From the NCBI GenBank assembly GCA_040389905.1, contig JAZJZK010000018.1:1-64000 (forward strand): 64,000 nucleotides of DNA. The letters are read 5' to 3'. This document shows, piece after piece, positions 48,242 through 57,297 of this stretch. Both the position numbers and the translations under genes were made by a program. The DNA is from Gemmatimonadota bacterium. Its GTDB lineage: Bacteria; Gemmatimonadota; Gemmatimonadetes; Gemmatimonadales; Gemmatimonadaceae. Position 1 is the stretch's first letter, and each line of letters starts with the position of its first letter. The notes under the pieces are model-generated. The model was not told where the DNA came from. It searched no databases and saw only the letters and a list, made by a program, of their open reading frames with translations.

Positions 48242-48991
48242 CTAGGCCTCGCGCGAAGAGCGACGGAACGACACAGCAATTTCGTCTCTCTGGCGTTCGG
48301 GCAATGTCTCGATTTTGACAGCGAACTGTCGGCGAAGAGTATTCTGCGCGCGCTGAAAGCGACGCTTCGCGCCGGATCTCGTCGTACCGAAGATCCGCGC
48401 GATCTCGGTCCAGTCCTGCCCCGCGACCAGCCGCCACCACAATAGGGCAGCCGCGGGTTCCGGCATTTGATCGTACGTCTCCACCGCGAGCCGCAACATC
48501 TCTTCGCGCGCCGTCGAGAACTCTTCGCGTCCGCCAATGCTCTCCTGGAAGGTCTCGCTGACGATGACTCTGCTCAGCTCCGTTGAGATTGCTCTCGCCG
48601 CGAGGCCACTGCCTGGAGATCTGAGCATGTCGATAAGCACACGTCGTGCAGAGACCAGAGCCCATTGCATGAGCTGACCGACAGTTGTGGCTGTGCACTG
48701 CCGGTAGCTGCGGGCTAGATGGAATAGTGTTTCTTGTGCGACGTCCGCGGCGATTTCCTCCGAGTCGGCGAACCTACCGAGGCGGGCGACGGCGAACCGC
48801 TTGATCGGTTGATACAGCTCGGTCAGGAGCCGTTCGAGTGATGATTCTGCCTCGCGACCGCCGTCCTGCGCTTTGACCAGGCACCGAACGAGCGCGTGCG
48901 CATGGAGGTCTCCTTTTCCACCCCGCGATGCACCCGGTGCGCGTTCCGTATTCCTTTGCGTTGCGCGCCTGTGTCCAGTGTTCGTGCTCAT
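48242..48991 (-). CDS. ECF-type sigma-70 factor
   Basis: Region 2 (AADVAQETL...QWALVSARRVLIDMLR) and region 4 (WTEIARIFGTTRSGAKRRFQRA). Confidence 0.78.
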   Translation of the reverse strand: MSTNTGHRRATQRNTERAPGASRGGKGDLHAHALVRCLVKAQDGGREAESSLERLLTELYQPIKRFAVARLGRFADSEEIAADVAQETLFHLARSYRQCTATTVGQLMQWALVSARRVLIDMLRSPGSGLAARAISTELSRVIVSETFQESIGGREEFSTAREEMLRLAVETYDQMPEPAAALLWWRLVAGQDWTEIARIFGTTRSGAKRRFQRAQNTLRRQFAVKIETLPERQRDEIAVSFRRSSREA

Positions 48992-49012
48992 GGGCCCATC
49001 TCCGCTCTGCGG

Positions 49013-49031
49013 CTGAGACCAATGGTCTCAG
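49013..49031. promoter_or_regulatory. Palindrome upstream of the ECF sigma gene
   Basis: ctgagacca-a-tggtctcag. Confidence 0.5.
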
Positions 49032-49467
49032 TCGGAGCAGAGTACCTGGCCAAGGGAGCGTCCCCGTCCAAGGCGCCGACTCCGGCACTCTCGACCGTTG
49101 CAGTATCTGGCCACTTCGATGCGGGAGCATGCGGCGCGGCGAGTGCCGCTCGAAGCGCAGAGCCAATTGCAGGCGCCTGGGATGGGTGGTCCATGTGTTC
49201 CCCTGTCTGGCGCCCTTCACGCCCGGCTGGAGCCGGCTGTGGCGATCTGCCGGTGCATCCGGCTCGCCTCGCGGGAAGAAGCGCGTGCAGACCGGAGGAC
49301 GGATCTCTGGCACCCCGACGGGGCCTTCCCCGAGTTGGCGAGCCGGGGCCACTGGGGCCGCATTCCGCGTTTCGAGCGCCAATTTTGCTGGCGCTGTTGG
49401 CGGAGGCAGGACTGCCATCCTGTTGCCCTTGGCGTACTTAGCGACAGACCCCCTCTACCTCGCCTTG

Positions 49468-49512
49468 TTCGGGAGCAGGAGGTCGCTGGTTCAAATCCAG
49501 TCGCCCCGACCA
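49468..49512 (+). tRNA. 3' half of tRNA-Pro(CGG), attR-like duplication, not an intact tRNA
   Basis: ttCGGga-gcagg-aggtc-gctggTTCAAATccagt-cgccccg-A-CCA; no matching 5' acceptor strand or D-arm upstream. Confidence 0.85.
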
Positions 49513-49539
49513 TTGTAAGTTGTGAAAATGCAATGACAT

Positions 49540-49583
49540 ACAAAGTCCCCTGACTGCACGCAGTCAGGGGACTTTGTCTTTTT
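49540..49583 (+). terminator. Intrinsic terminator (original tRNA terminator)
   Basis: 17-bp perfect stem acaaagtcccctgactg/cagtcaggggactttgt + CTTTTT. Confidence 0.85.
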
Positions 49584-49647
49584 CGGTATCGCAATGCACT
49601 ACCCGCGATCCGTGCAACCACAGCAGCGGTTGACGAATATCAGTCTG

Positions 49648-50265
49648 TTAGCGCACCCCGATCGAGATGCCGCCGTGGAACAGATTGGCGCCAAGTTGCT
49701 CGGACGTCCGGATGCCATTTGCCGTCGCATTCCCTGCGGCCGCGCGATTGTACTCGACATACGGCGTCAATACGACGCGCCCAGACAGTGGCAGATCCCA
49801 CCCAGCGCCCGCCACCAGTCCGAGCCCCGACGACTTCACCGTTGTCGTCGGGACAGCGGTCCGCCGAATCTCCTCGTTGATGAAACTGCCGCCGCCACCG
49901 GCCTTCACGAAAAGACCGGACCCCGATTGCGGATACAGTTTCCCGACCACGTTGGCGAAGATGAGGCGGAGCGTGCCCGTCCCATTCACACTGTTGTAGT
50001 CCTTCATCCACCCACTCAACTCGCCGGCAATCACGAACTGTGAGCTCACGCCGATGCCAAGGCTCGCCGAGCCTGTCACGTTCGACTCACGCGACGACTT
50101 GCATGAGGCACACGAGAGCGACGCCGAGCCGCCGCCCACGCCGATCGAGGCGCTGATCGTACCGGCCTTCGGCGCCGCGGATTGAGCCGCCATAGGTGCA
50201 GCTGGAAGCAGCATCAACACGGCAGCGGCGAGGCCACGCATGGAACCGTAACTGCGACGCAACAT
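49648..50265 (-). CDS. Outer-membrane beta-barrel protein
   Basis: Signal peptide; amphipathic strands GLFVKAGGG, GAGWDL, LTPYVEY. Confidence 0.7.
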   Translation of the reverse strand: MLRRSYGSMRGLAAAVLMLLPAAPMAAQSAAPKAGTISASIGVGGGSASLSCASCKSSRESNVTGSASLGIGVSSQFVIAGELSGWMKDYNSVNGTGTLRLIFANVVGKLYPQSGSGLFVKAGGGGSFINEEIRRTAVPTTTVKSSGLGLVAGAGWDLPLSGRVVLTPYVEYNRAAAGNATANGIRTSEQLGANLFHGGISIGVR

Positions 50266-50304
50266 GGAAGATCCTCTATGAATTGCCATCGATGACATCG
50301 GCGG

Positions 50305-52857
50305 CTACGGGTTGACAGTGAGTACGACGGCGTTGCTGGTGCCACCACCAAAGGTCGTGACGGTGACGTTGTGGCCACCGAGCGTCGCGCCCGCCGAGAT
50401 CGTGAGCGATACGGTGAGCGACGTGCTGCTGTTGAAGGTCACGCCATTCACGGTAACACCGCTGCCGTCAACCACGACGACCGTGGAGGCATTCACGAAG
50501 TTCGTTCCTGTCAACGTCACGGTGGCATTCGTACCGCGGGTCACCGTGTTTGGCGTGACGGAGGCGAGTGTCGGCGGTGGCGGGAGCACGTCGAAGTTGA
50601 CGGCGTTGCTGGTTCCCGCCGGCGTCGTGACCGTCACCGAACGACCGCCAAGCGGGGCGCCCGCGTCGATCGTGAACCGTGCGCCCATTGACGTCGCGCT
50701 GTTGACGACGATGCTGTCCACCGTCACGCCGATACCGGAAACGTTGATCCCGGTGTTTCCCGAAACGAAGTTCACACCGTCGAAGCTCACAGGAAGGGTC
50801 GTCCCGCGGTAACCGACGTCTGGAGAAATACCAACGAGCGCCGATGAGGTCGGATTCACCGTGAAGGTGACTGCGGCGCTGGTGCCGCCCGCTGTGGTGA
50901 CCGACACGTTACGACCGCCGAGTGTCGCGTCGCTCGCGAGGGTAAACGTTGCCGTAATGGACGTCGCGCTATTGACGACGACGTTGCTGACCGTCACACC
51001 CGTTCCATCAACCGCAACCGTCGATCCGCCCGTCACGAAGCCGGAGCCGGTCAGCGTCACGCCAACCGACGTGCCCTGCACCGCACCGTTCGGTGCGATC
51101 GCCGTCAGGTCGGGGAACGGAGGGTTGACGACGAAGGGCTGCGCCCCGCTGGTACCACCGGGCGTCGTGACAGTCACATTGTGCGCGCCGGCGGTCGCAT
51201 TCGCGGCGATGACGAAGCTCGCGGTCAGCGTCGTTGGGCCGGTCACGGCCACAGTCTGCACGGCGATTCCCACGCCGTCGACGGACACCGTCGTTGCACC
51301 ATTGATGAAGTTGGTGCCGGTGAGTGAGACCGCAACGGTGGAATTCTGGAGGCCGCCGCCTGGCGAGACGGTGACGAGTGTCGGAGCCGCCGGGGTGACA
51401 CTGAACGTGCCAGCCGCACTCGTCCCCGCGGACGTCGTGACGGTAACGCCGTGCGCGCCGAGTGTCGCGCCCGCGTCGACCGTAAAGATCGCGCTGAGGG
51501 ATGTCGTCCCCGTCACGGTGACACTGCTGACGGTGACGCCGATCCCATCGACAACGACGGTCGCGCCGCCCGCGAAGTTGGTGCCAATGATCGTCACCGG
51601 CACCGCCGTCCCGACGACGCCGCTCCTCGGCGTGATCGAGGTGATCGTCGGGGTTCCTGGAACGACGGCAAAACCCGCCGTGCCGCTTGTGCCACCCGCG
51701 GTCGCCACGCGCACATTGCGCACGCCAACCGGTGCCGCTGCTGAGGCGGAAAAGCTCGCGGTCAACGTGGTGGCATTCGAGACGTTGACGCTGTTGATCG
51801 TCACACCGAAGCCGTCGATCGTGACCGTCGTGGCGCCAGCGACGAAGTTCGTCCCCGTCAAAGTCACCAGTGTTGCAGCCCCCTGCGCCACGGTGCTCGG
51901 GAAAACCCCGGAGAGCGTCGGCGGAGGCGGAATGATGGTAAAGATCCTCGAAGCACTCGTACCACCGCCGGTCGTGACGGTCACGTCGCGGTCGCCGAGT
52001 GCAGCACCTGTCGCCACGATGAAGGACGCGGTCATCGTGCTCGGATTCACCACGGTCACTGCGGTCACGGTGACTCCGGCACCGGAGACCAGGACGCTGG
52101 TGTTGCCGGCCACGAAATTCGTACCGGTGAGCGTGACGGTCTGGGTCGTGCCCGTCACTCCCGTGATCGGCGAAAGGCCGGTGAGCGTTGGCGCTGGAGG
52201 AATGACGCTGAACTGCCGCGAGCCGGTCGACCCGCCGGCGGTCGTCGCCGTAACGTTGTGTGCACCAAGCGTCGCACCCGCTGCGATGGCAAAGGTCGCG
52301 GTAATGGACGTCGAGCTCGTGAACACGACATTCGATGTCGTGATCCCGGCACCGTCCACGAGAACGGTGGTGGCGCCCGGAAGGAAATTCGACCCGGTCA
52401 GGACGACGTTCTGATTCGTGCCCTGAATCCCCACGTCGGGCGACAGGCTGGTCAGCGTCGGGGCGAGTGGCAGCACCGTAAACGGGGCCGAGGTGCTCGT
52501 ACCGCCAGCGGTCGCGATCGTCACCCCGTGCGCGCCAAGTGAGGCAGTTGGCGCGATCGCGAGCGTCGCAGTGAAGCTCGTGGGACTGGTGACGTTGACG
52601 TTGCTGACCGTGATCCCGTCGCCAACGGGAGTGACCGAGGCGCCACTCAGGACGAAGTTCGTCCCGATCACGGTGACGTTCACCGACGTCCCGACCACGC
52701 CCGAATTAGGGCTGATACTGGTGATCGCGGGAGTGGGGATCGGGGCGAGCAAGTCGCCGCTGGCGACGCAGGAGCCGACGAGGGTGCTCGCGAGAACGAC
52801 CAGCGCGAGTGTACGGATTCGGGTCAGAAGCTCGGAGCGACCAGTTCGATGGATCAT
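50305..52857 (-). CDS. Lipoprotein with nine tandem IPT/TIG domains
   Basis: Lipobox VGSC; nine ~90-aa repeats P.L..ISP..G..GT...VTLTGTNF...VTT.GGTS....F.V. Confidence 0.85.
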   Translation of the reverse strand: MIHRTGRSELLTRIRTLALVVLASTLVGSCVASGDLLAPIPTPAITSISPNSGVVGTSVNVTVIGTNFVLSGASVTPVGDGITVSNVNVTSPTSFTATLAIAPTASLGAHGVTIATAGGTSTSAPFTVLPLAPTLTSLSPDVGIQGTNQNVVLTGSNFLPGATTVLVDGAGITTSNVVFTSSTSITATFAIAAGATLGAHNVTATTAGGSTGSRQFSVIPPAPTLTGLSPITGVTGTTQTVTLTGTNFVAGNTSVLVSGAGVTVTAVTVVNPSTMTASFIVATGAALGDRDVTVTTGGGTSASRIFTIIPPPPTLSGVFPSTVAQGAATLVTLTGTNFVAGATTVTIDGFGVTINSVNVSNATTLTASFSASAAAPVGVRNVRVATAGGTSGTAGFAVVPGTPTITSITPRSGVVGTAVPVTIIGTNFAGGATVVVDGIGVTVSSVTVTGTTSLSAIFTVDAGATLGAHGVTVTTSAGTSAAGTFSVTPAAPTLVTVSPGGGLQNSTVAVSLTGTNFINGATTVSVDGVGIAVQTVAVTGPTTLTASFVIAANATAGAHNVTVTTPGGTSGAQPFVVNPPFPDLTAIAPNGAVQGTSVGVTLTGSGFVTGGSTVAVDGTGVTVSNVVVNSATSITATFTLASDATLGGRNVSVTTAGGTSAAVTFTVNPTSSALVGISPDVGYRGTTLPVSFDGVNFVSGNTGINVSGIGVTVDSIVVNSATSMGARFTIDAGAPLGGRSVTVTTPAGTSNAVNFDVLPPPPTLASVTPNTVTRGTNATVTLTGTNFVNASTVVVVDGSGVTVNGVTFNSSTSLTVSLTISAGATLGGHNVTVTTFGGGTSNAVVLTVNP

Positions 52858-53331
52858 CGCGTTGCGGGCGGCCTGGGAGGAATGTCGGCGCGCCGCGGAA
52901 GGCGGACGCCGAGTGAGTAAGAAAGTGCACGAGCGTTACGGACGTCCGCAACGCGCCTACTAAGGAATTCTAATGCGCAGTGCACGTGTCTACCCGCGCG
53001 TTTCATGCCGCGAGACCTGAGGCGAGGTCGGCTGTGGATTCCAGTAGCTACCCGCGGCAATCCTAATGGCTCTGCCGGGACGGACGATGGAAGGGCGGTT
53101 GGCGGGATTCTTTGCGGATTCTTTGCGTGCGTTGCACTCGCACGCGCCGATATTTCTCGGCGTCGCTCGTTCGGACGAGAGGTGGTGGGCCTTTCGGCGG
53201 ACATCTGGTTGGCGATGTCTTTGGCGGCGCTGGCGTGGCTTGCCTGTAGGAGGTCTGGTTGCGCCAGTGTTGTCGATCGTCCGTCGCACAGTCCATCGTG
53301 CGGCGGACGTTTCGCGTTGCAGGCCCGCCGC

Positions 53332-54660
53332 TCAGGCGCGGTCGCGGTTGGTCCCTTCGTGCCATCGGCGCTCGTTGGGCGCCCTGAGGCTCAGCAGGCC
53401 TGCGCGGAACTGCCGCATCCGTGTGCGCCAGGAGGCAGATGCATTGGTCGGGCGACCATGGGGCGCAGGCCATACGAGGCGCTGGATACGGTGAAGAAAC
53501 CCGTCCACACCACGCACCCACATGACTTGGCGCAAGAAGCCGATCTCGTCGATGACGCCCCCGGCTGGGGTGAGTCGCGCGACGGTATGTCGGGCGGCCC
53601 AGGTCGATGCTCGCTCTCCGAGCGCTAGCGCTCGGGGGTCGATCGTGCCGGGAGCGAGGGCCTCGGCGAGGACAAACGCCGGATAGGTGTAGTGCGCCAC
53701 ACGCAATGACGCCATCTGGGCGAGAATGCCGTCCCAATCGAGCCCATCACGCATCTGCACCGACCTGACGATACTCACGATTTCGTAGAGCCGAAGCAGG
53801 CGACTCGACCCAAGCTCCGCCGAGCAGTGACACGCCAGCATGATGATGAGCGCATCTGGTTGGAGCACACGCATGCGAACACCCGCCAACTCGAATGGCT
53901 CTGTCCTGAGGAGTAGTGGGTCGAGCTTGGCGACGGCACCGCGATGGAACACACGAACGAGTGAGGTATGGAGTTCCAGTTCCCATTTCGTATACGCATC
54001 AGCCACTTCGACCGAGTGGATTGTGTCATCGATCCCGACGGCAATCCACTCCTGCTTGTGCGCCTCGGTGGGCGTGCCGGAGGGGCGAAACTCCGCCGAT
54101 CGCAGCGCCTCTTCCGCCGCCTCGCGAAGGCGTTCGTCCACCCAGATATCCACGTCGGCCATTCGTCGCGCAGCCGGATCCTCGAAGTACGCGCGCGACG
54201 TGTGCAGTCCTTTCAGCGCGACCGGTACGACCCCATGTCGGATCAGGGCGTCCAGGGCGGGATGAAGCTCGCGTTCGATGCGGGCGTTGCGGCGCCGGGA
54301 GTGTTCGAGGTGTGCCCGCATCCGCGCCTCGACGGCGGGCTCGGCGGACAGCCGCCCCGTGAGGATCCAGTGACCGAGGAGCGGACCCATGCCGGTCGTG
54401 TGGGCCGCGATCGCCAGCGCGTAGGTCTCGTGGTGGCGCTGGGGATCCATTTGAACGCGCGACATTCCCCGAAGCATCTCGGCGGTCACCCGCTGAATCT
54501 CCTGCGCGGCACGGACTCGGGCCGGCTCGCTCAGTCCAGGCCACAACCATGACGGGTCCTTGCTCGCATCGAAGCGTTGGAGACGCCGCGCAAGATCCGC
54601 GAGCGCTTCCGGGTCGCACAGTGCAGCATCGTCATCCGGATGCGCGGTCGTGGAGGCCAT
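53332..54660 (-). CDS. Nucleotidyltransferase family protein (NTP_transf_5-like)
   Basis: VALKG, RRMADVDIWV, ELELH, LLRLYEI. Confidence 0.78.
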   Translation of the reverse strand: MASTTAHPDDDAALCDPEALADLARRLQRFDASKDPSWLWPGLSEPARVRAAQEIQRVTAEMLRGMSRVQMDPQRHHETYALAIAAHTTGMGPLLGHWILTGRLSAEPAVEARMRAHLEHSRRRNARIERELHPALDALIRHGVVPVALKGLHTSRAYFEDPAARRMADVDIWVDERLREAAEEALRSAEFRPSGTPTEAHKQEWIAVGIDDTIHSVEVADAYTKWELELHTSLVRVFHRGAVAKLDPLLLRTEPFELAGVRMRVLQPDALIIMLACHCSAELGSSRLLRLYEIVSIVRSVQMRDGLDWDGILAQMASLRVAHYTYPAFVLAEALAPGTIDPRALALGERASTWAARHTVARLTPAGGVIDEIGFLRQVMWVRGVDGFLHRIQRLVWPAPHGRPTNASASWRTRMRQFRAGLLSLRAPNERRWHEGTNRDRA

Positions 54661-54742
54661 TGTCAAAGTTGCACACGCCGTCGTCCGTTCGTAACATGGC
54701 GCGTGAACCATATGCATGTACTCCAGTTGGCTCGATGACGGC

Positions 54743-55863
54743 ATGAGAATCGTCATGCTGGGGTTGCGGGGCCTTCATCCCGATCTCGAAATCGGTGGTT
54801 TCGACACGGCGTTTGCGGAGATTGCGCCTCGGCTTGTCGCTCGTGGCCACAGTGTCATCATCTACTGTCGGGCGAACGCACATTCCCTGGAGCGGCGACC
54901 GGCGGAAGAAAACGGGGTGACGCTCGAGTACATGCCCTCGCCGGGAGGGAAGAACTACGCCGCGATCGTGTCGACGCTGCTCGCCGTGCTGCATGCGTTC
55001 ACGGCGAAGCGGTACGACGTGTGGTTCTTCGTGAACGTCGGCATGGGGCATCATGCCGCATTGGCGCGGTTGTCGGGTCGCCCCGTTGTCATGAACGTGG
55101 ACGGGTTGGATTGGACGCGAGGCAAGTGGGGGCCCATTGCGCGCTTCTACTTTCAGTCGGCCGCGCGGTCGGCGGTCCGCTTCTGCTCCGCGCTGATCAC
55201 CGATGCGGTGGCCATGCAGGAGTACTACCGCGAGCGGCTCGGACGCGAAACCGAGATGATCGCCTACGGCGCCGAGATCGGCGATTCGCGCTGCGCGGGG
55301 AAGATCGCAGCGTTCGGAATTGCGCCGCGCGAGTACCACCTGATCGTCAGTCGGTTCATTCCCGAAAACTCGCTCATCGAGATGCTCGAGGGCTTCCGGC
55401 AATCGGGGACGTCGAAGCGGCTGGTGGTCGTCGGCAACGCGAGCTACGAAGACTCATATCAGGTTCGGCTGCGCGAGATCGCGGCGTCCGATGAGCGGAT
55501 CATCATGGTGGGATTGGTGAAGGATCAATCGGTGCTGCGGGAGCTCTGGTGTAATTGTTCGGTGTACATGCACGGACACTCGGTGGGAGGAACGAACCCG
55601 CATTGCTGCGCGCGATGGGGTTTGGAAGCTGCGTGCTTGCACTGGACACGGTGTTCAACCGCGAGGCGCTCGGCGGATCGGGGCGGTACTTCACGGATTC
55701 CGCGGACTTGACCGAGCAACTCGACGAGCTGGAGGAGGACAGCGCGACGGTCAACCGCCTCCGACGTTGCGCTCAAGCGCGTGCGCGCGCGGAGTACGAT
55801 TGGGAGCGGGTCACGGACAGGTACGAGCAGCTCTTTGAAACGATGGTCCGCATATCTGAGTAA
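54743..55863 (+). pseudogene. GT4/DUF1972 glycosyltransferase with a 1-bp frameshift near 55599
   Basis: GGFDT, NVDGLDWTRGKW, SRFIPEN, HGHSVGGTNP continues in another frame as ALLRAMG..DTVFNRE. Confidence 0.8.
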
Positions 55864-55884
55864 CATCAGCAGGTCACTTCACGA

Positions 55885-57279
55885 TCATAGATGCGCGCGC
55901 GCAGCTCGGCGCGCCGACCAGATCGTCGGGGCTGCGGCCAGGGCAGCGTAGATCATCGTCTGCATGATCCATCGGTCCGTCGTGAAGAGAGCGATCAAGA
56001 GCGCCGCTCCCTGCACGATCACGGTGCCGGTGAAGGCGACCACGGGTTGGGCCGGAGCGTGAGGGAGCGACCGTCGCACTACGACGGTGCCGGACGCCAA
56101 CGTGAGCGCACCCGCCAGCGAGACTGCTCCGGCGACGCTCCAGAGGGGCACGCCGGCGTAGAGTGATGCGCCGACCGTGAGTGCCACAAAGGCCACGCCG
56201 ATCAACTCGACAACGAGCTGTCGACGCACCAGCGCACAGGATTGGAGCGTGCACACGATGACGACGTGAATCCCAACCCAGAACGGAAGCCCCAGCGTCA
56301 GCGACCGGACGATCGGTAGTGCCGAACCATAGAGCGGCAAGGTTCGAGCGACGACGTGCTCGAACAATGGCTCCGCGACCAGCGCTGCGCCGAAACCCGC
56401 CGCAATCAGATAGAAGAATTCACCGAGAAAGCGTGCTCGGTCCTCGACGGGCCGTCGCGCGGCGTGTGAAAGCGCGACGCGAGAGACTGCCTGGGTTGCC
56501 GAGTTCGCGGCGACGCCCGCGGTCGACGCGAATCCGTAGAGCGCGAAGTCGGTGATGGGGGACGCGACACTGACGAGCAGCCGGTCTACCGACTGCGCGA
56601 GGACCGCCGCGTAGCTCGCGCCGAGCACAGGAAGTCCAGCACCGACGAGCGTTCCCAGCTTCAACGGACTAGCGGGCGCCTCGGCCTCGCGCCGTATCCG
56701 AAGAATGCAGGACGCGCCATAGATGGCCGAAATGGCGAAGGAGGCGATGTAGAGCGCCAGAACCTGCGTGAGTACGTGGGATGAGAAGACGAACAGCCCT
56801 GCGACGAAAAGGATGGGCGCGGTGATCATGACTCGTCCGGCGCGCCTGAAGTCCCCCGCGGCCTGCAGTGCATAGCAACAGAGGGCGACGACATTCGCGA
56901 ACAGTGCGCACACGACAATGGCGATGAGGAACGTGCGCACGAGCGGGCCGGAAAACGCCGCGAGGGAGGAAACCGCGACCACGAGGGCGAGCTCGATCGC
57001 CAACAGCCAGCGCACCACGCGGCGCCATTCTCGTGCGATCAACCCGGGTGATTCTCCCGCCCAGCGGAGAAACGCCCCATCGGCCAGTCCGAAGTGCAGG
57101 ACACCGATCTGCGAGACAAAGGTGAGGAACAGCCGATAGTGTCCATAGGTAGGCACGTCGAGTTGGCGTGGGATCAGGAACACCTGCACCACGCTGAGGC
57201 CCGCCGCACCGAAAATCGCGCCGCCATAACGAAGGAGATCGCGCCGCAAACCGACGCGCGCGACTGTCGTCTTCGGCAC
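55885..57279 (-). CDS. wzx: Oligosaccharide flippase
   Basis: ~12 TM; YGHYRLF, HFGLADG, VDRLLV, FALYGFA. Confidence 0.78.
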   Translation of the reverse strand: MPKTTVARVGLRRDLLRYGGAIFGAAGLSVVQVFLIPRQLDVPTYGHYRLFLTFVSQIGVLHFGLADGAFLRWAGESPGLIAREWRRVVRWLLAIELALVVAVSSLAAFSGPLVRTFLIAIVVCALFANVVALCCYALQAAGDFRRAGRVMITAPILFVAGLFVFSSHVLTQVLALYIASFAISAIYGASCILRIRREAEAPASPLKLGTLVGAGLPVLGASYAAVLAQSVDRLLVSVASPITDFALYGFASTAGVAANSATQAVSRVALSHAARRPVEDRARFLGEFFYLIAAGFGAALVAEPLFEHVVARTLPLYGSALPIVRSLTLGLPFWVGIHVVIVCTLQSCALVRRQLVVELIGVAFVALTVGASLYAGVPLWSVAGAVSLAGALTLASGTVVVRRSLPHAPAQPVVAFTGTVIVQGAALLIALFTTDRWIMQTMIYAALAAAPTIWSARRAARAHL

Positions 57280-57297
57280 TATCTTGGGCTCGCCGAC

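Larger units (their letters stand above)
1..49512. mobile_element. Genomic island (right part) integrated at tRNA-Pro
   Basis: Ends at a tRNA 3' fragment; carries two recombinases, TA, defence and metal genes; left end outside the window. Confidence 0.65.

Noticed and set aside
49013..49031. Back-to-back BsaI sites suggesting a synthetic construct
   Set aside because: A simple consequence of the palindrome; no vector features nearby
49436..49512. Intact tRNA-Pro gene
   Set aside because: No 5' strand pairs with cgccccg and there is no D-arm; only the 3' half is present
50861..52414. 517-aa plus-strand ORF and similar long shadow ORFs (e.g. 58542-59618, 60016-61077)
   Set aside because: Antisense shadows of well-supported GC-rich genes
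50305..52857. CRISPR-like or nucleotide repeat array
   Set aside because: Repeats are degenerate protein-domain repeats; no repeat-spacer array or cas genes seen in the window
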